Positions 26,964 to 36,999 of a stretch of 64,000 nucleotides of DNA are shown piece after piece. Below the pieces are notes generated by a model. That model was given only the letters and a program-made list of their open reading frames with translations. It searched no databases and had not been told where the DNA came from. The DNA comes from Rhodothermales bacterium (GTDB taxonomy: Bacteria > Bacteroidota > Rhodothermia > Rhodothermales > VXPQ01). Location of the stretch: NCBI GenBank assembly GCA_040904565.1, contig JBBDTI010000094.1:1-64000 (forward strand), given 5' to 3'. Made by a program: the position numbers and the translations under genes. Every line of letters begins with the position of its first letter. The first letter of the stretch is position 1.

Positions 26964-28097
26964 ATGAAGTTCACTGCCTCCAGTGCCGACCTACTTAAAG
27001 CACTGACGACCGTCGGGGGAGCCGTCCCTTCTAAAAGCACCCTTCCGATTCTGGAGTGCATTCTCTTCGAGCAACTGGATGATACGGGTCTTCGCCTTAG
27101 TGCGACGGATCTGGAGATTTCCATCGTTCAGCGCATCAACGTTCAGTTCGAGAGCAACGGCACGGGGGACGGTCAGCGCATCGCTGTACCCGCCAAGCGA
27201 TTGCTCGATACGCTGCGTGCTCTGCCTGACGTACCCATTCATTTTGAGGCCGACGACGAATTCCACGTCGTGCTCCAGACCGACATGGGTGAATACAAGA
27301 TGATCGGTCACGATGGAGCGGATTATCCCGCGCTGCCCGACCTGGATCCCGACCACCGGATCGAGACCGAGGGTGCCCTGCTCAAGCGGGCAATCGAAAA
27401 AACGAGTTTTGCCGTCAGTAAGGACGCACTTCGGCCGGCCATGATGGGCATCTACTTCCAGATCGGACCGGACGAAGGCCGTGCCGTGGCTACCGACGGC
27501 CACCGGCTGGTAAAACTCCGGCTAGAAGGAATGACGTCCGAGGAGCCGGTCAACTTCATCGTGCCGGAGAAAGCCATGTCGCTCGCTGGTAAGATCGTCT
27601 CGGACGACGTGTGCACGATACAGGTCGACGAGGGCTATGTGGGCTTCGATTTCGGCAACTCGCGCATTCTTGCCAGGCTCATAGACGAAGCGTATCCGAA
27701 CTACGAAGCCGTCATCCCCGGCGAAAACGATAAGCGGATGGTCGTATCAAGAGATGCCATGCTGGCAGCCGCCAAGCGTGTCGGACTCTACTCATCAAGC
27801 ATGACGAACCAGATACGCCTGTCCCTCGAAGCGGAGACGGTGGAGATATCCGCTGAGGATATCGAGCGCTCTAGCGAGGCACACGAGACCGTTCGGTGTG
27901 AATACGACAGCGAGCCCATGGTGATTGGCTTCAATTCGGTCTATCTCAACGAGGTACTCGGACACATCGACGACGACGAAGCGGTTTTCGAGTTCAGTTC
28001 ACCCAATCGTGCCGGCGTCGTCACTCCGGAAACGCAGCAGGACGGCGAGCACATCCTGATGCTCATCATGCCCGTCATGCTCAATACGTATGCGTAG
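26964..28097 (+). CDS. dnaN: DNA polymerase III beta clamp
   Basis: ATDLE, VATDGHRL, YPNYEAVIP and LIMPV. Start set at MKFTASS. Confidence 0.98.
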   Translation: MKFTASSADLLKALTTVGGAVPSKSTLPILECILFEQLDDTGLRLSATDLEISIVQRINVQFESNGTGDGQRIAVPAKRLLDTLRALPDVPIHFEADDEFHVVLQTDMGEYKMIGHDGADYPALPDLDPDHRIETEGALLKRAIEKTSFAVSKDALRPAMMGIYFQIGPDEGRAVATDGHRLVKLRLEGMTSEEPVNFIVPEKAMSLAGKIVSDDVCTIQVDEGYVGFDFGNSRILARLIDEAYPNYEAVIPGENDKRMVVSRDAMLAAAKRVGLYSSSMTNQIRLSLEAETVEISAEDIERSSEAHETVRCEYDSEPMVIGFNSVYLNEVLGHIDDDEAVFEFSSPNRAGVVTPETQQDGEHILMLIMPVMLNTYA

Positions 28098-28219
28098 GCT
28101 CCTGTTTGACCGCAGGCGCAGGCTTACGGTCGCACGGGAGTGAGTAATGAAGGCGACGGATCCCCGTACCGGCAGCCTGTATTCCCGGTACGGCGTCGAA
28201 GGGGTGCCTTACGATTGCA

Positions 28220-29209
28220 TCATTCGTCGTCAAGCGCCTCGATGGACGCCAGGAGGCGCTCGGACGCGTCGCTATGCCGCCCGTACTTCACGGATATCTG
28301 GTCCAGGGCATTGCGCGCGGCCTCGATATTGCCCCTCGCAAGCTCCGTCTTTGCAAGAAGGAACGAGGCTTCACCTGCGAGAAACGTCTCTTCGGGTTCC
28401 AGTTCGAGAACGCGGCGCAGCAGCGCGGCAGCGCGGTCGAGACGGTCCTCGTCGAAGTGGGGGAAAAGCCCGAGAAACGACGTTTCGGCCGCACGCAAAA
28501 CATCTATTGCCTCCAGATAGGCCTCTACCGGATCTGATACGACCGTCTCCTCTGCAGCGCCTCGCACGGCATCAAACCCCTCCAACACCAGCTCGTCACG
28601 GTCGAATTCGGCCAGCCGTTCCGTCTCGGGACGCAAGATGCGCCCCCCAACGAAGAGTAGAGCGTAGGCCGTGATGGCGACGAACGCAATGCGAGCGAGG
28701 CGCGTCCCCCTCGCGCTTCGTCCACCAGTTACCGCTTCACGGGTACCCGCACGATTTCCGGACAACCCTCTATCCCTGTTCCCGGGCCGACGCGGCTTTT
28801 CGGCCCCGGGGTCTATGCCCCCGACGTCTCCAGCGTGTCCACCTCGAAGTCGGTCGAACTGCGCCTCGATGTCCGCATCCGTTTCGAGCTCCCTTCGACG
28901 GGACTTGAATCGGTCGTATCGTGATCGCAGCGCCTCATCGGCGCCGATGCGGTCTTTGACCTTCCGCATGGCTTCAGCCAGCGGCTCCGGCATGCGCCCA
29001 ATATCGACATCATCCATTACAGCAAGGAAAGCAAGCACGTCGTCGCTCGGCGGGTCCGCTAGAATACGTTTGCCCGCCCGAAGCGCACGGTCCACGCGGC
29101 GCACCTCCTCTAGGACGGGCCGTAGATGGGGATGCCGTTCGACATACTCCGCCACCTGGCGACGTTCATCACCCGAGAGTTCCGGATAGAACCCGATCTT
29201 ATCTTCCAT
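28220..29209 (-). CDS. Hypothetical membrane protein with TPR-like C-terminus, putative anti-sigma factor
   Basis: One hydrophobic segment (IAFVAITAYALLFVGG) and a helical TPR-like tail, downstream of an ECF sigma gene. Start is uncertain (frame open to 29404). Confidence 0.6.
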   Translation of the reverse strand: MEDKIGFYPELSGDERRQVAEYVERHPHLRPVLEEVRRVDRALRAGKRILADPPSDDVLAFLAVMDDVDIGRMPEPLAEAMRKVKDRIGADEALRSRYDRFKSRRRELETDADIEAQFDRLRGGHAGDVGGIDPGAEKPRRPGNRDRGLSGNRAGTREAVTGGRSARGTRLARIAFVAITAYALLFVGGRILRPETERLAEFDRDELVLEGFDAVRGAAEETVVSDPVEAYLEAIDVLRAAETSFLGLFPHFDEDRLDRAAALLRRVLELEPEETFLAGEASFLLAKTELARGNIEAARNALDQISVKYGRHSDASERLLASIEALDDE

Positions 29210-29522
29210 TTTCCTCGCCGAACTCTCAGCGAGCCCGGCAGCATCAGTTACATGTGCTGCGTGCGTGTACTGCTTTCTCGTGCTGCGTGCGCGTGCCTGT
29301 AGTATCGGTTCGCGTGCCTGCGCGCATTTCGGCGATCCGGACAGGTTCCGCGATAGTACAACGCGGGCGATCGTACTACCTAGACACATTCGGGGGCGAT
29401 TCATAACCTCCGCGCCCCCTATTTCGCGCTCCCTATATAGAGTCTACGTAGCATCTCCAGCTTCCGTCTCCTCCGCGCCCGGCCGAGTCGAACACGCGCT
29501 TACAGCCGGTTCCTGACCCGTT

Positions 29523-30149
29523 TCATTCAAAGTACGCTAGCAGATCATCATCGTCGCGCAAGCGCTGAATCGCCTTATAGACGTACGCCCGGATGCGCGG
29601 CAGCGGGTGGCCCGTCCGGTCGGATATTTCGCGATAGGAGAGACCATCCAGAAAGCGTAGGCGCACGCATGTTTGCAGATACGCCGGCAATCGGTCGATA
29701 GCACGGAGGAGCGCCTGATGCGCCAGGCCGACGTCGTTATAGGTTGCCGGCATTTCACCGACAAGTAACGGCGACGCCCGATCATCGAGCGACACGGAAT
29801 GACGGCGATCTCGAAGGTAGTTCCGAAACGTATTCTTGCAGACGACGCTGACCCAGCTTGCGTATCGCGAAGGAAACCTGACCTTCGATTGGGACCGTTC
29901 CACCTTTCGAAACGTCTTGTCGATCAGTTCGTCGAGGTCGGCAGCCCCATAGGAGGTTTCCTGAACGAACTTCACCAGAAAGTACCTCCGTATAAAGCAG
30001 TAGGTCCACAGTTGCACGACATCACGATCGTCCGGTTCGTGAAGGTTACGCCAGCGTGTATACGTCTCGTTTGCTGACGCAATGTCATCGACATGGAACG
30101 GTAGACTCGACGCGAGAGCGTCCAGCGACTCGAAAGCGGAGTGAGACAT
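29523..30149 (-). CDS. ECF-type sigma-70 factor
   Basis: Region 2-like YASWVSVVCKNTFRNYLR and region 4 IDRLP...LRFLDGLSYREIS. Confidence 0.85.
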   Translation of the reverse strand: MSHSAFESLDALASSLPFHVDDIASANETYTRWRNLHEPDDRDVVQLWTYCFIRRYFLVKFVQETSYGAADLDELIDKTFRKVERSQSKVRFPSRYASWVSVVCKNTFRNYLRDRRHSVSLDDRASPLLVGEMPATYNDVGLAHQALLRAIDRLPAYLQTCVRLRFLDGLSYREISDRTGHPLPRIRAYVYKAIQRLRDDDDLLAYFE

Positions 30150-30325
30150 GATGGAACCGTCAACGCGGGTGGTGAGATGCAGGTGAAGCGGAACGTCCGC
30201 CTGGGTGACACCTACGCGATGGTTCTAGTCCGTCAAGATTACTGGAAGATTCCGCAGTTCAAAAACAAGTGGAGCGTTCAGGCGTGTGACATCAGCCTCG
30301 ACGAGCGGACTCCATCGAAAACCAA

Positions 30326-30354
30326 TTGACTTCGCTGTCAGAACGCTGTACTTT
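30326..30354 (+). promoter_or_regulatory. Sigma70-type promoter for the rplM operon
   Basis: TTGACT-17 nt-TACTTT. Confidence 0.6.
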
Positions 30355-30519
30355 GTTAGGCTCGCTAAGCAGTCTCGTCGCGATGAATCGACCGACTGCC
30401 ATCTGCGGAAACGCAGTGTCGACGTAACGGCGTTGTTTGCGATATTCCCTGCAGGTTGTCCTGCGTCGGTTAATCCTGCGCGCTTCTTCAAGATACGACA
30501 AAGATAGAGACTTTCATTC

Positions 30520-30966
30520 ATGGACGCGAATAGCTTCAAGACATACTCGGCGAAGCCCAGCGAGATCGAGCGCGAGTGGTACATCGTCGACGCCGAGGAT
30601 CAGGTCGTCGGCCGGCTTGCCTCGCAAGTTGCGTCGATATTGCGCGGCAAGCACAAGCCCCAGTTCACGCCTCACGTCGACACGGGGGATTTCGTGATCG
30701 TCGTGAATGCGGAGAAGATTCGCTTCACGGGCAATAAGGAAACGAAGAAGGAATACTTCCGGTACACGGGCTACCCCGGCGGGGAGCGCCTCACGACGCC
30801 GGAAGAGATGCGTGAGCGGAAGCCGGATTTCATCGTTCGCAACGCCGTGAAGGGAATGATGCCGAAAGGGCCGTTGGGACGAGAGATGACCAAGAAGCTC
30901 AAGGTCTACGTCGGCCCCGATCATCCGCACGAGGCGCAGCAGCCGAAAGAACTCACCGTTTCATAA
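30520..30966 (+). CDS. rplM: 50S ribosomal protein L13
   Basis: GRLAS...[15 protein letters not shown]...HPHEAQQP. Confidence 0.99.
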   Translation: MDANSFKTYSAKPSEIEREWYIVDAEDQVVGRLASQVASILRGKHKPQFTPHVDTGDFVIVVNAEKIRFTGNKETKKEYFRYTGYPGGERLTTPEEMRERKPDFIVRNAVKGMMPKGPLGREMTKKLKVYVGPDHPHEAQQPKELTVS

Positions 30967-30992
30967 ACAGCGTAACGACGTTCACCTCTTAT

Positions 30993-31388
30993 ATGGCAGG
31001 ACCCACTCAGTACAACGGCGTAGGCCGTCGCAAAACTTCCACCGCGCGCGTCTACCTTCGTGCAGGCGACGGTAACGTGACGATCAATCACCGTGCCTCC
31101 GATGATTATTTCCCGCTCGACTGGCGCCGCAAGACGATCTCGCAGCCTTTCGAGGTCACGGACACCATCGGCAAGTTCGACGTGCTGGTTAACGCCAGCG
31201 GCGGCGGACTGACGGGCCAGGTCGAGGCTATCCGCCTGGGCATCGCCCGAGCGCTGGTTCAATTCGACGAGGAATTGAAAAAGCCGCTGCGCGCTGCCGG
31301 TTACCTTACCCGGGACGACCGTATGGTCGAACGCAAGAAGTACGGTCAGCCCAAGGCGAGGAAGCAGTTCCAGTTCTCAAAACGCTAG
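30993..31388 (+). CDS. rpsI: 30S ribosomal protein S9
   Basis: [10 protein letters not shown]...[19 protein letters not shown]. Confidence 0.99.
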   Translation: MAGPTQYNGVGRRKTSTARVYLRAGDGNVTINHRASDDYFPLDWRRKTISQPFEVTDTIGKFDVLVNASGGGLTGQVEAIRLGIARALVQFDEELKKPLRAAGYLTRDDRMVERKKYGQPKARKQFQFSKR

Positions 31389-31396
31389 ACATAAAT

Positions 31397-31480
31397 CACA
31401 CATACTGCCCGACGTGCAATGGGTTGGCCGGCTCGACCGGTTTCGTTGCGCGGTGGACGGCGGTAGCGGCTCAAACCCAA
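31397..31480 (+). ncRNA. S2 leader (t44-like) autoregulatory element
   Basis: CACACA start, internal GGGTT (31421-31425) and terminal AAACCC (31473-31478) directly upstream of rpsB, matching the S2-leader pseudoknot layout. Confidence 0.7.
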
Positions 31481-31496
31481 ACCATCCAACTAGATA

Positions 31497-32309
31497 ATGA
31501 GTGATGCAGAAACGGCTGCGGCCACCGAGACCGGTGAGACCACGCAGCAGAACATTGAAATCGGACAGCAGTCCGGTCACCGCGCTTCCATCGAGCAGCT
31601 CCTGAAGGCGGGCACGCATTTCGGACACCTCACGTCCCGCTGGAATCCAAGGATGAAGGAATTCATCTTCATGGAGCGCAACAACATCCACATTATCGAC
31701 CTGATGCAGACGCAGGTCATGCTGGATGCCGCGGCAGACGCCGCCGGCCGATTTGCGAAGATGGGCAAGCGGATTCTCTTTGCCGGCACGAAGAAGCAGG
31801 CCAAGGACATCGTCCGTAAGTATGCGGAAGAATGCGACTCGTCGTACGTCGTGGAGCGCTGGCTGGGTGGCACGCTGACGAACTTCCAGACGATTCGCCG
31901 AAGCATTCGCCGGATGGAAGACCTCGCCAAGTTCGAAGAGGACGAGGCGTTCCTGGAGCTCAAGAAGAAGGAACGTCTGATGCACGCTCGCGAGCGGGAG
32001 AAGCTCGAAAAGGTACTGAGCGGCATCGCCGCCATGCCTCGCCTGCCCGGCGCGCTCTTCGTGGTCGACATCAACCGCGAGCACATCGCCGTCAACGAGG
32101 CGCGCAAGCTCGATATTCCCGTCATTGCCATGGTGGATACGAACTGCGATCCGAGCCTGATCGATTATCCCATTCCAGCCAACGACGACGCGCTCAAATC
32201 CATCGAGCTCGTCACGTCCGTGATTGCCAATGCCGTAAACGAAGGCAAGCGCGCGAAGGAAGTGCAGGAGGCCAACGAAGAGGCCAAGAAACAGAAGGAA
32301 TCCAAGTAA
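31497..32309 (+). CDS. rpsB: 30S ribosomal protein S2
   Basis: GTHFGH...WNPRM, RWLGGTLTN, DTNCDP and PANDD. Confidence 0.99.
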   Translation: MSDAETAAATETGETTQQNIEIGQQSGHRASIEQLLKAGTHFGHLTSRWNPRMKEFIFMERNNIHIIDLMQTQVMLDAAADAAGRFAKMGKRILFAGTKKQAKDIVRKYAEECDSSYVVERWLGGTLTNFQTIRRSIRRMEDLAKFEEDEAFLELKKKERLMHAREREKLEKVLSGIAAMPRLPGALFVVDINREHIAVNEARKLDIPVIAMVDTNCDPSLIDYPIPANDDALKSIELVTSVIANAVNEGKRAKEVQEANEEAKKQKESK

Positions 32310-32390
32310 CGCACTCCCCCGTTTCGGATTTCCTTCGTACGCCGCGACGGCCACACAGCAAGAACGCTTAACGACAGAATACAATCGACT

Positions 32391-33221
32391 ATGTCTATTT
32401 CCGCTAAGGACGTCAAACGGCTCCGGGACATGACCGGTGTCGGCATGATGGACTGCAAGAAGGCGCTTGAGGAGTCGAAAGGCGACTTCGACGCCGCCGT
32501 GGAGCTACTCCGCAAGAAGGGCCAGAAGGTGGCCGCCAAGCGAGCTGACCGTGAGGCGAACGAGGGGCTTGTCGTAGCCGCTCTCTCCTCCGATCAGTCC
32601 AAAGGCGCCATCGCAGAAATCAATTGTGAGACGGATTTCGTCGCGCGCAACGATGATTTCGAAGCGTTCGCGAACCGGATCGTCGAGCTCATACTGGACG
32701 AAGAGCCGTCGAACCTCGATACCCTGAATGTCCTCAATCTGAAAGACGGGCAGACGGTCGAGCAAGCCGTCGTGGAAATTACCGGTAAGATCGGCGAGAA
32801 GATCGACGTGCGCCGCTTCGAAGTGCTGAAGAGCGAGGGTGGACGGATCGTGTCCTACATTCATCCCGGATCCAGGCTCGGCGTACTCGTCGACATACAC
32901 GGCAACGGACAGGTCAAGGAGGCGGGTACGGACGTCGCCATGCAGGTGGCTGCCATGAATCCCGTCGCGACGACCACGGACGACGTGCCCGACGAGCTTA
33001 AGGAAAAGGAGCTCGACATCGCCCGTGAGGCGGCAAAGAACGAGGGTAAGCCGGAGCATATCATCGATCGCATCGCCGAAGGCAAGCTGGACCGGTACTT
33101 CAAGGACAACGTGCTCGTCGAGCAGCCTTTCGTGAAGGACTCTTCGATGACCGTGAGGGAGATGCTGAACGACGCCGGCGTAAACATCCGCCGCTTCGTC
33201 CGCTACGGCCTCGGCGAGTAG
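32391..33221 (+). CDS. tsf: Elongation factor Ts
   Basis: [16 protein letters not shown] and [10 protein letters not shown]. Confidence 0.99.
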   Translation: MSISAKDVKRLRDMTGVGMMDCKKALEESKGDFDAAVELLRKKGQKVAAKRADREANEGLVVAALSSDQSKGAIAEINCETDFVARNDDFEAFANRIVELILDEEPSNLDTLNVLNLKDGQTVEQAVVEITGKIGEKIDVRRFEVLKSEGGRIVSYIHPGSRLGVLVDIHGNGQVKEAGTDVAMQVAAMNPVATTTDDVPDELKEKELDIAREAAKNEGKPEHIIDRIAEGKLDRYFKDNVLVEQPFVKDSSMTVREMLNDAGVNIRRFVRYGLGE

Positions 33222-33243
33222 ATGACCCGCATACGTGGATTAC

Positions 33244-33279
33244 GGGGCACACCGGCATTCCCGGTGCTGCCCCTTTTTA
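33244..33279 (+). terminator. Rho-independent terminator after tsf
   Basis: GGGGCAC-ACCGG/CCGGT-GCTGCCCC stem followed by TTTTTA. Confidence 0.8.
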
Positions 33280-33385
33280 TTGTGCACCGTTTCCCGTAGG
33301 CATGCGAGAACATGCCTCACGGACCGAGATTGAATTCATCGAACCGGCGCAGTAGCTTCCCATACGATTTTTCGAGCGATCCTGA

Positions 33386-34141
33386 ATGACCATGTCGACC
33401 GACGCCCCTCTGAGCGCTCCCGACCGCGTATTGCTAAAACTCAGTGGTGAAGCACTTCTCGGTGCGCAGACCTACGGCATCGATCAAGACGTTCTCGGAT
33501 CCTATGCGAGGGAGATTTCTACGATCGTCGAGGACGGCGTGCAGATAGCCATCGTCATCGGCGGGGGCAATATTTTTCGGGGCGTGAGCAGCGCCGGGGC
33601 GGGGATGACCCGTGCCCACGCGGACTACATGGGCATGCTCGCGACCATGATCAATGCCATGGCACTCCAGGACGCCCTCGAACAGATCGGCCTGCAGACC
33701 CGGCTTCAGTCGAGTATCAAGATGGAGGAGATTGCCGAACCGTTCATCCGCCGCCGCGCGATCCGACACCTCGAAAAGGGACGTGTCGTCATTTTCGGCG
33801 CCGGTACCGGCAATCCCTACTTTACGACGGATACGGCAGCCGCCCTGCGGGCGCTCGAGATTGAAGCGGACGTGCTCTTGAAAGGTACGCGAGTGGACGG
33901 CATCTTCACGGCGGACCCCGAAAAAGACCCCACCGCACACCTCTACGAGGAAATTAACGGGAGCGAGGCGATAAAGAGCGACCTCCGGGTGATGGATATG
34001 ACGGCCTTTACGCTGTGCAAGGAATCCGGCCTCCCCATCATCGTATTCAACATGAACGAGCGAGGAAACCTCAAGCGCATCGTACGCGGCGAGCGCGTCG
34101 GTACGCTCGTTCGCTGGAGTGAAGAATCAACGGCCGTATAA
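33386..34141 (+). CDS. pyrH: UMP kinase
   Basis: [17 protein letters not shown] and GNPYFTTD. Confidence 0.99.
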   Translation: MTMSTDAPLSAPDRVLLKLSGEALLGAQTYGIDQDVLGSYAREISTIVEDGVQIAIVIGGGNIFRGVSSAGAGMTRAHADYMGMLATMINAMALQDALEQIGLQTRLQSSIKMEEIAEPFIRRRAIRHLEKGRVVIFGAGTGNPYFTTDTAAALRALEIEADVLLKGTRVDGIFTADPEKDPTAHLYEEINGSEAIKSDLRVMDMTAFTLCKESGLPIIVFNMNERGNLKRIVRGERVGTLVRWSEESTAV

Positions 34142-34189
34142 CCGCAGGCTAAACGGATCAGTAAGTGTTTTCTCTGACACGGTACCGTC

Positions 34190-34759
34190 ATGGTTGATCA
34201 GCACATCAAAGAGCTGCTCGAAGAAGCCGAGCAGCACATGGAGAAAAGCATGGACTGGCTCCGACAGGAGCTGAACAGCATTCGGGCCGGTCGCGCGACC
34301 CCATCGATGATCGAGAACGTCCGGGTCGAATACTACGGTTCACAGACGCCGCTCAACCAGATCGCGAGCATCAGTGCACCGCAGCCGGACCTGCTGATCG
34401 TGCAGCCCTGGGACCGCTCGGCGCTCGAAGCGGTCGAGAAAGGCATCATGGCGGCCAACATGGGGCTCAATCCCTCCAACGATGGAGCGTTCATCCGCAT
34501 CCCCGTCCCGCCGCTCTCCGAAGAACGCCGCAGGGAGCTCGTCAAGACGGCGAAGGGTCGAGGCGAAGAGGCCAAGATCGGCATTCGCAACATCCGTCGC
34601 GACGTCAAGGATACCATGAAGAAGGTGGCGGAAGAAAAACACATCTCCGAAGACATGGAATATGAAGGGGAAGAGCGTCTCCAGGAGATCACGGACAAAT
34701 ACACGGATGCCGTGGACCGGTTCATCAATCGAAAGGAAGAGGAGATCATGGAGGTCTAG
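34190..34759 (+). CDS. frr: Ribosome recycling factor
   Basis: IRAGRA, YYGSQTPL, PPLSEERR and IRNIRRD. Confidence 0.99.
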   Translation: MVDQHIKELLEEAEQHMEKSMDWLRQELNSIRAGRATPSMIENVRVEYYGSQTPLNQIASISAPQPDLLIVQPWDRSALEAVEKGIMAANMGLNPSNDGAFIRIPVPPLSEERRRELVKTAKGRGEEAKIGIRNIRRDVKDTMKKVAEEKHISEDMEYEGEERLQEITDKYTDAVDRFINRKEEEIMEV

Positions 34760-34850
34760 TGTTCGCTCGACGCGTCACATCCTCGCGTTAGAGCAAAATT
34801 CTAGAACCAAGTAGAGACCTTCCGGTACAGATAAACGCTCAATTTTTCAC

Positions 34851-34942
<92 letters not shown>

Positions 34943-35038
34943 TACCTTAAAGACGGTACGACGCGGCGATCGCCGGCGCACCGGTCGGCGTTCGTCCCTT
35001 CGGCGAAGGTTACCATCCACGACGCAACGAGGCACCGA

Positions 35039-35920
35039 ATGATCGACAGCATGACGGGTTTCGGCCGCGGAGGGGCGTCCGTGAAAAACGCGTCCGCCAC
35101 GGTCGAGCTGCGCTCCGTAAACAATCGCTACTGCGAGGTGTCCGTGCGTCTGCCCCGAAATCTGAGCGACCGCGAGTCGGACGTGCAGGCACGCATCAAG
35201 CAGCACTTTTCGAGGGGACGTATCAGCGCCCAAATTCAGGTCGAAACGACGTCGGACGACGTGCTTTCCATCCAGGTCGATCGCGAGAGTGTTCGCGCTT
35301 ACATGAACCTGCTCGAGACGGTGCGGGAGGTGGCCGGCATTACGTCACCGGTGCGGCTCGAACACCTCCTGAATTATTCCGATGTCTTCGAGGCCGCGCC
35401 GCCGCCCGAGGATGAAGCGGAAAGAATGTGGGAGGCCGTCGAGAATGCGCTCACCGACGCGATGGACGCGCTGCGGACCATGCGGCGCCAGGAAGGCAGT
35501 GCTCTTCTTGCCGACCTCGAACAGCGGATCGAAGCCATCGGCCGTCATCTTAGACGCGTGGAGGAGCGCGCGCCCGCCCGCGTCGAGGAGGCGCGGGAAC
35601 GATTGCGGGAGCGGCTGCGCGACGTGATGGAGGACGAACGCATCGATCGCGACCGACTCGAGATGGAGATGGCGCTCGTGGCAGACCGCGTGGACATCAC
35701 CGAGGAATGTGTGCGGCTGCGCTCGCACCTCGAAATGTTTCGACAGGCATTGAATAGTGAACACGCCGAAGGGCGGAAGCTTAATTTCATCTCGCAGGAG
35801 ATCAATCGCGAGATCAACACGATCGGCGCGAAGGCCAACGACGCGGACATTTCCCACCTCGCGGTCGAAATGAAGGACGAGCTGGAAAAGGTGCGCGAAC
35901 AGGTTCAGAACGTGGAATGA
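35039..35920 (+). CDS. yicC: YicC/YloC family endoribonuclease
   Basis: SMTGFGR, SVNNRY, GRKLNFISQEINREINT and REQVQNVE. Confidence 0.95.
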   Translation: MIDSMTGFGRGGASVKNASATVELRSVNNRYCEVSVRLPRNLSDRESDVQARIKQHFSRGRISAQIQVETTSDDVLSIQVDRESVRAYMNLLETVREVAGITSPVRLEHLLNYSDVFEAAPPPEDEAERMWEAVENALTDAMDALRTMRRQEGSALLADLEQRIEAIGRHLRRVEERAPARVEEARERLRERLRDVMEDERIDRDRLEMEMALVADRVDITEECVRLRSHLEMFRQALNSEHAEGRKLNFISQEINREINTIGAKANDADISHLAVEMKDELEKVREQVQNVE

Positions 35921-36489
35921 CCCGGCCTCGTCCCCGCATCGTAGTTCTAACCGCCCCGAGCGGGTCCGGTAAGACGACGATTGCCAACCGGGTCATGGAG
36001 GCCATCCCCGAGCTACGGTTCTCGGTGTCCGCGACCACGCGAGAGCGGCGGCCGCATGAAAGAGACGGCGTCCACTACCATTTCGTCTCCCAGGATGCCT
36101 TCGAGCGCCTGATCGAGGAAGGTGAAATGCTCGAATACGAGGAAGTCTACCCGGGGCGATACTACGGCACGCTGCGATCCGAGCTCGATCGCTCTACCGA
36201 TGAGCGGCCCGTCCTGCTCGATATCGACGTTCGCGGCGCGTTCAACGTCAAGAAGCGGTATGGAGACGACGCACTGATTCTTTTCATCCGGCCTCCCTCC
36301 GAAGAAGAGCTCGAACGGCGCCTGCGCGAAAGGGCGACGGAAGACGAAGGCACCATCCGCGTCCGCCTGAACCGCGCTCGCGACGAGCTGGCTTATGTCG
36401 ACAGAGCGGATGCGGTCGTGGAGAATGACGACCTTGAGAAGGCCGTCGCGGAAACATTGCTCGTGATTCGCCAGTTTCTTACCTCCTGA
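35917..36489 (+). CDS. gmk: Guanylate kinase
   Basis: APSGSGKTT, SATTR, YYGT and LDIDV. Confidence 0.98.
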   Translation: MTRPRPRIVVLTAPSGSGKTTIANRVMEAIPELRFSVSATTRERRPHERDGVHYHFVSQDAFERLIEEGEMLEYEEVYPGRYYGTLRSELDRSTDERPVLLDIDVRGAFNVKKRYGDDALILFIRPPSEEELERRLRERATEDEGTIRVRLNRARDELAYVDRADAVVENDDLEKAVAETLLVIRQFLTS

Positions 36490-36540
36490 AAAGGATATTA
36501 CCACCCGGTTTTTCTGCAAACAGATATAGGGCTCGCGTCC

Positions 36541-36837
36541 ATGGGAATTCGGACGATAAACGTCGATCAGCTGACGACGCAGTGTGATACTATTTATGAA
36601 TCCGTCGTCGTGCTGTCGAAGCGCGCACGCCAGGTTGCGGCGAAGCAAAAAGCCGAACTGGACGACAAGCTCGCCTACTATGAAGGCTTTTCCTCCGACA
36701 TGGAGAATCTCCGGATGCAGGAAGAACAGGCCCGCGTGTCCCTCGAATTTGAGACCCAGGCGAAGCCTCCGGAAGTCGCCATTCAGGATCTTTTGAACAA
36801 CGAGATCTACTTTCGCAATCCGAACGAAGAAAACTGA
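36541..36837 (+). CDS. rpoZ: RNA polymerase omega subunit (Bacteroidota/Chlorobi type)
   Basis: IYESVVVLSKRARQ...KP motif, between gmk and coaBC. Confidence 0.85.
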   Translation: MGIRTINVDQLTTQCDTIYESVVVLSKRARQVAAKQKAELDDKLAYYEGFSSDMENLRMQEEQARVSLEFETQAKPPEVAIQDLLNNEIYFRNPNEEN

Positions 36838-36873
36838 CGGAGCGGCCGCCGCGAGGCGACGTCTTTTATCTAC

Positions 36874-36902
36874 AGGAAAATCCGGCTAGACCGGATTTTC
36901 TT
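36874..36902. terminator. Inverted repeat, probable terminator after rpoZ
   Basis: AGGAAAATCCGG-CTAGA-CCGGATTTTCTT. Confidence 0.6.
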
Positions 36903-36999
36903 ATATATGGGCGGTACGCATCGCCTCGGGCGGACGCCCGCTCGTCTTTCGCGCAGGCGAGGACAGCAGGGCGGACCTCTACACCATCCAACGGAAACC

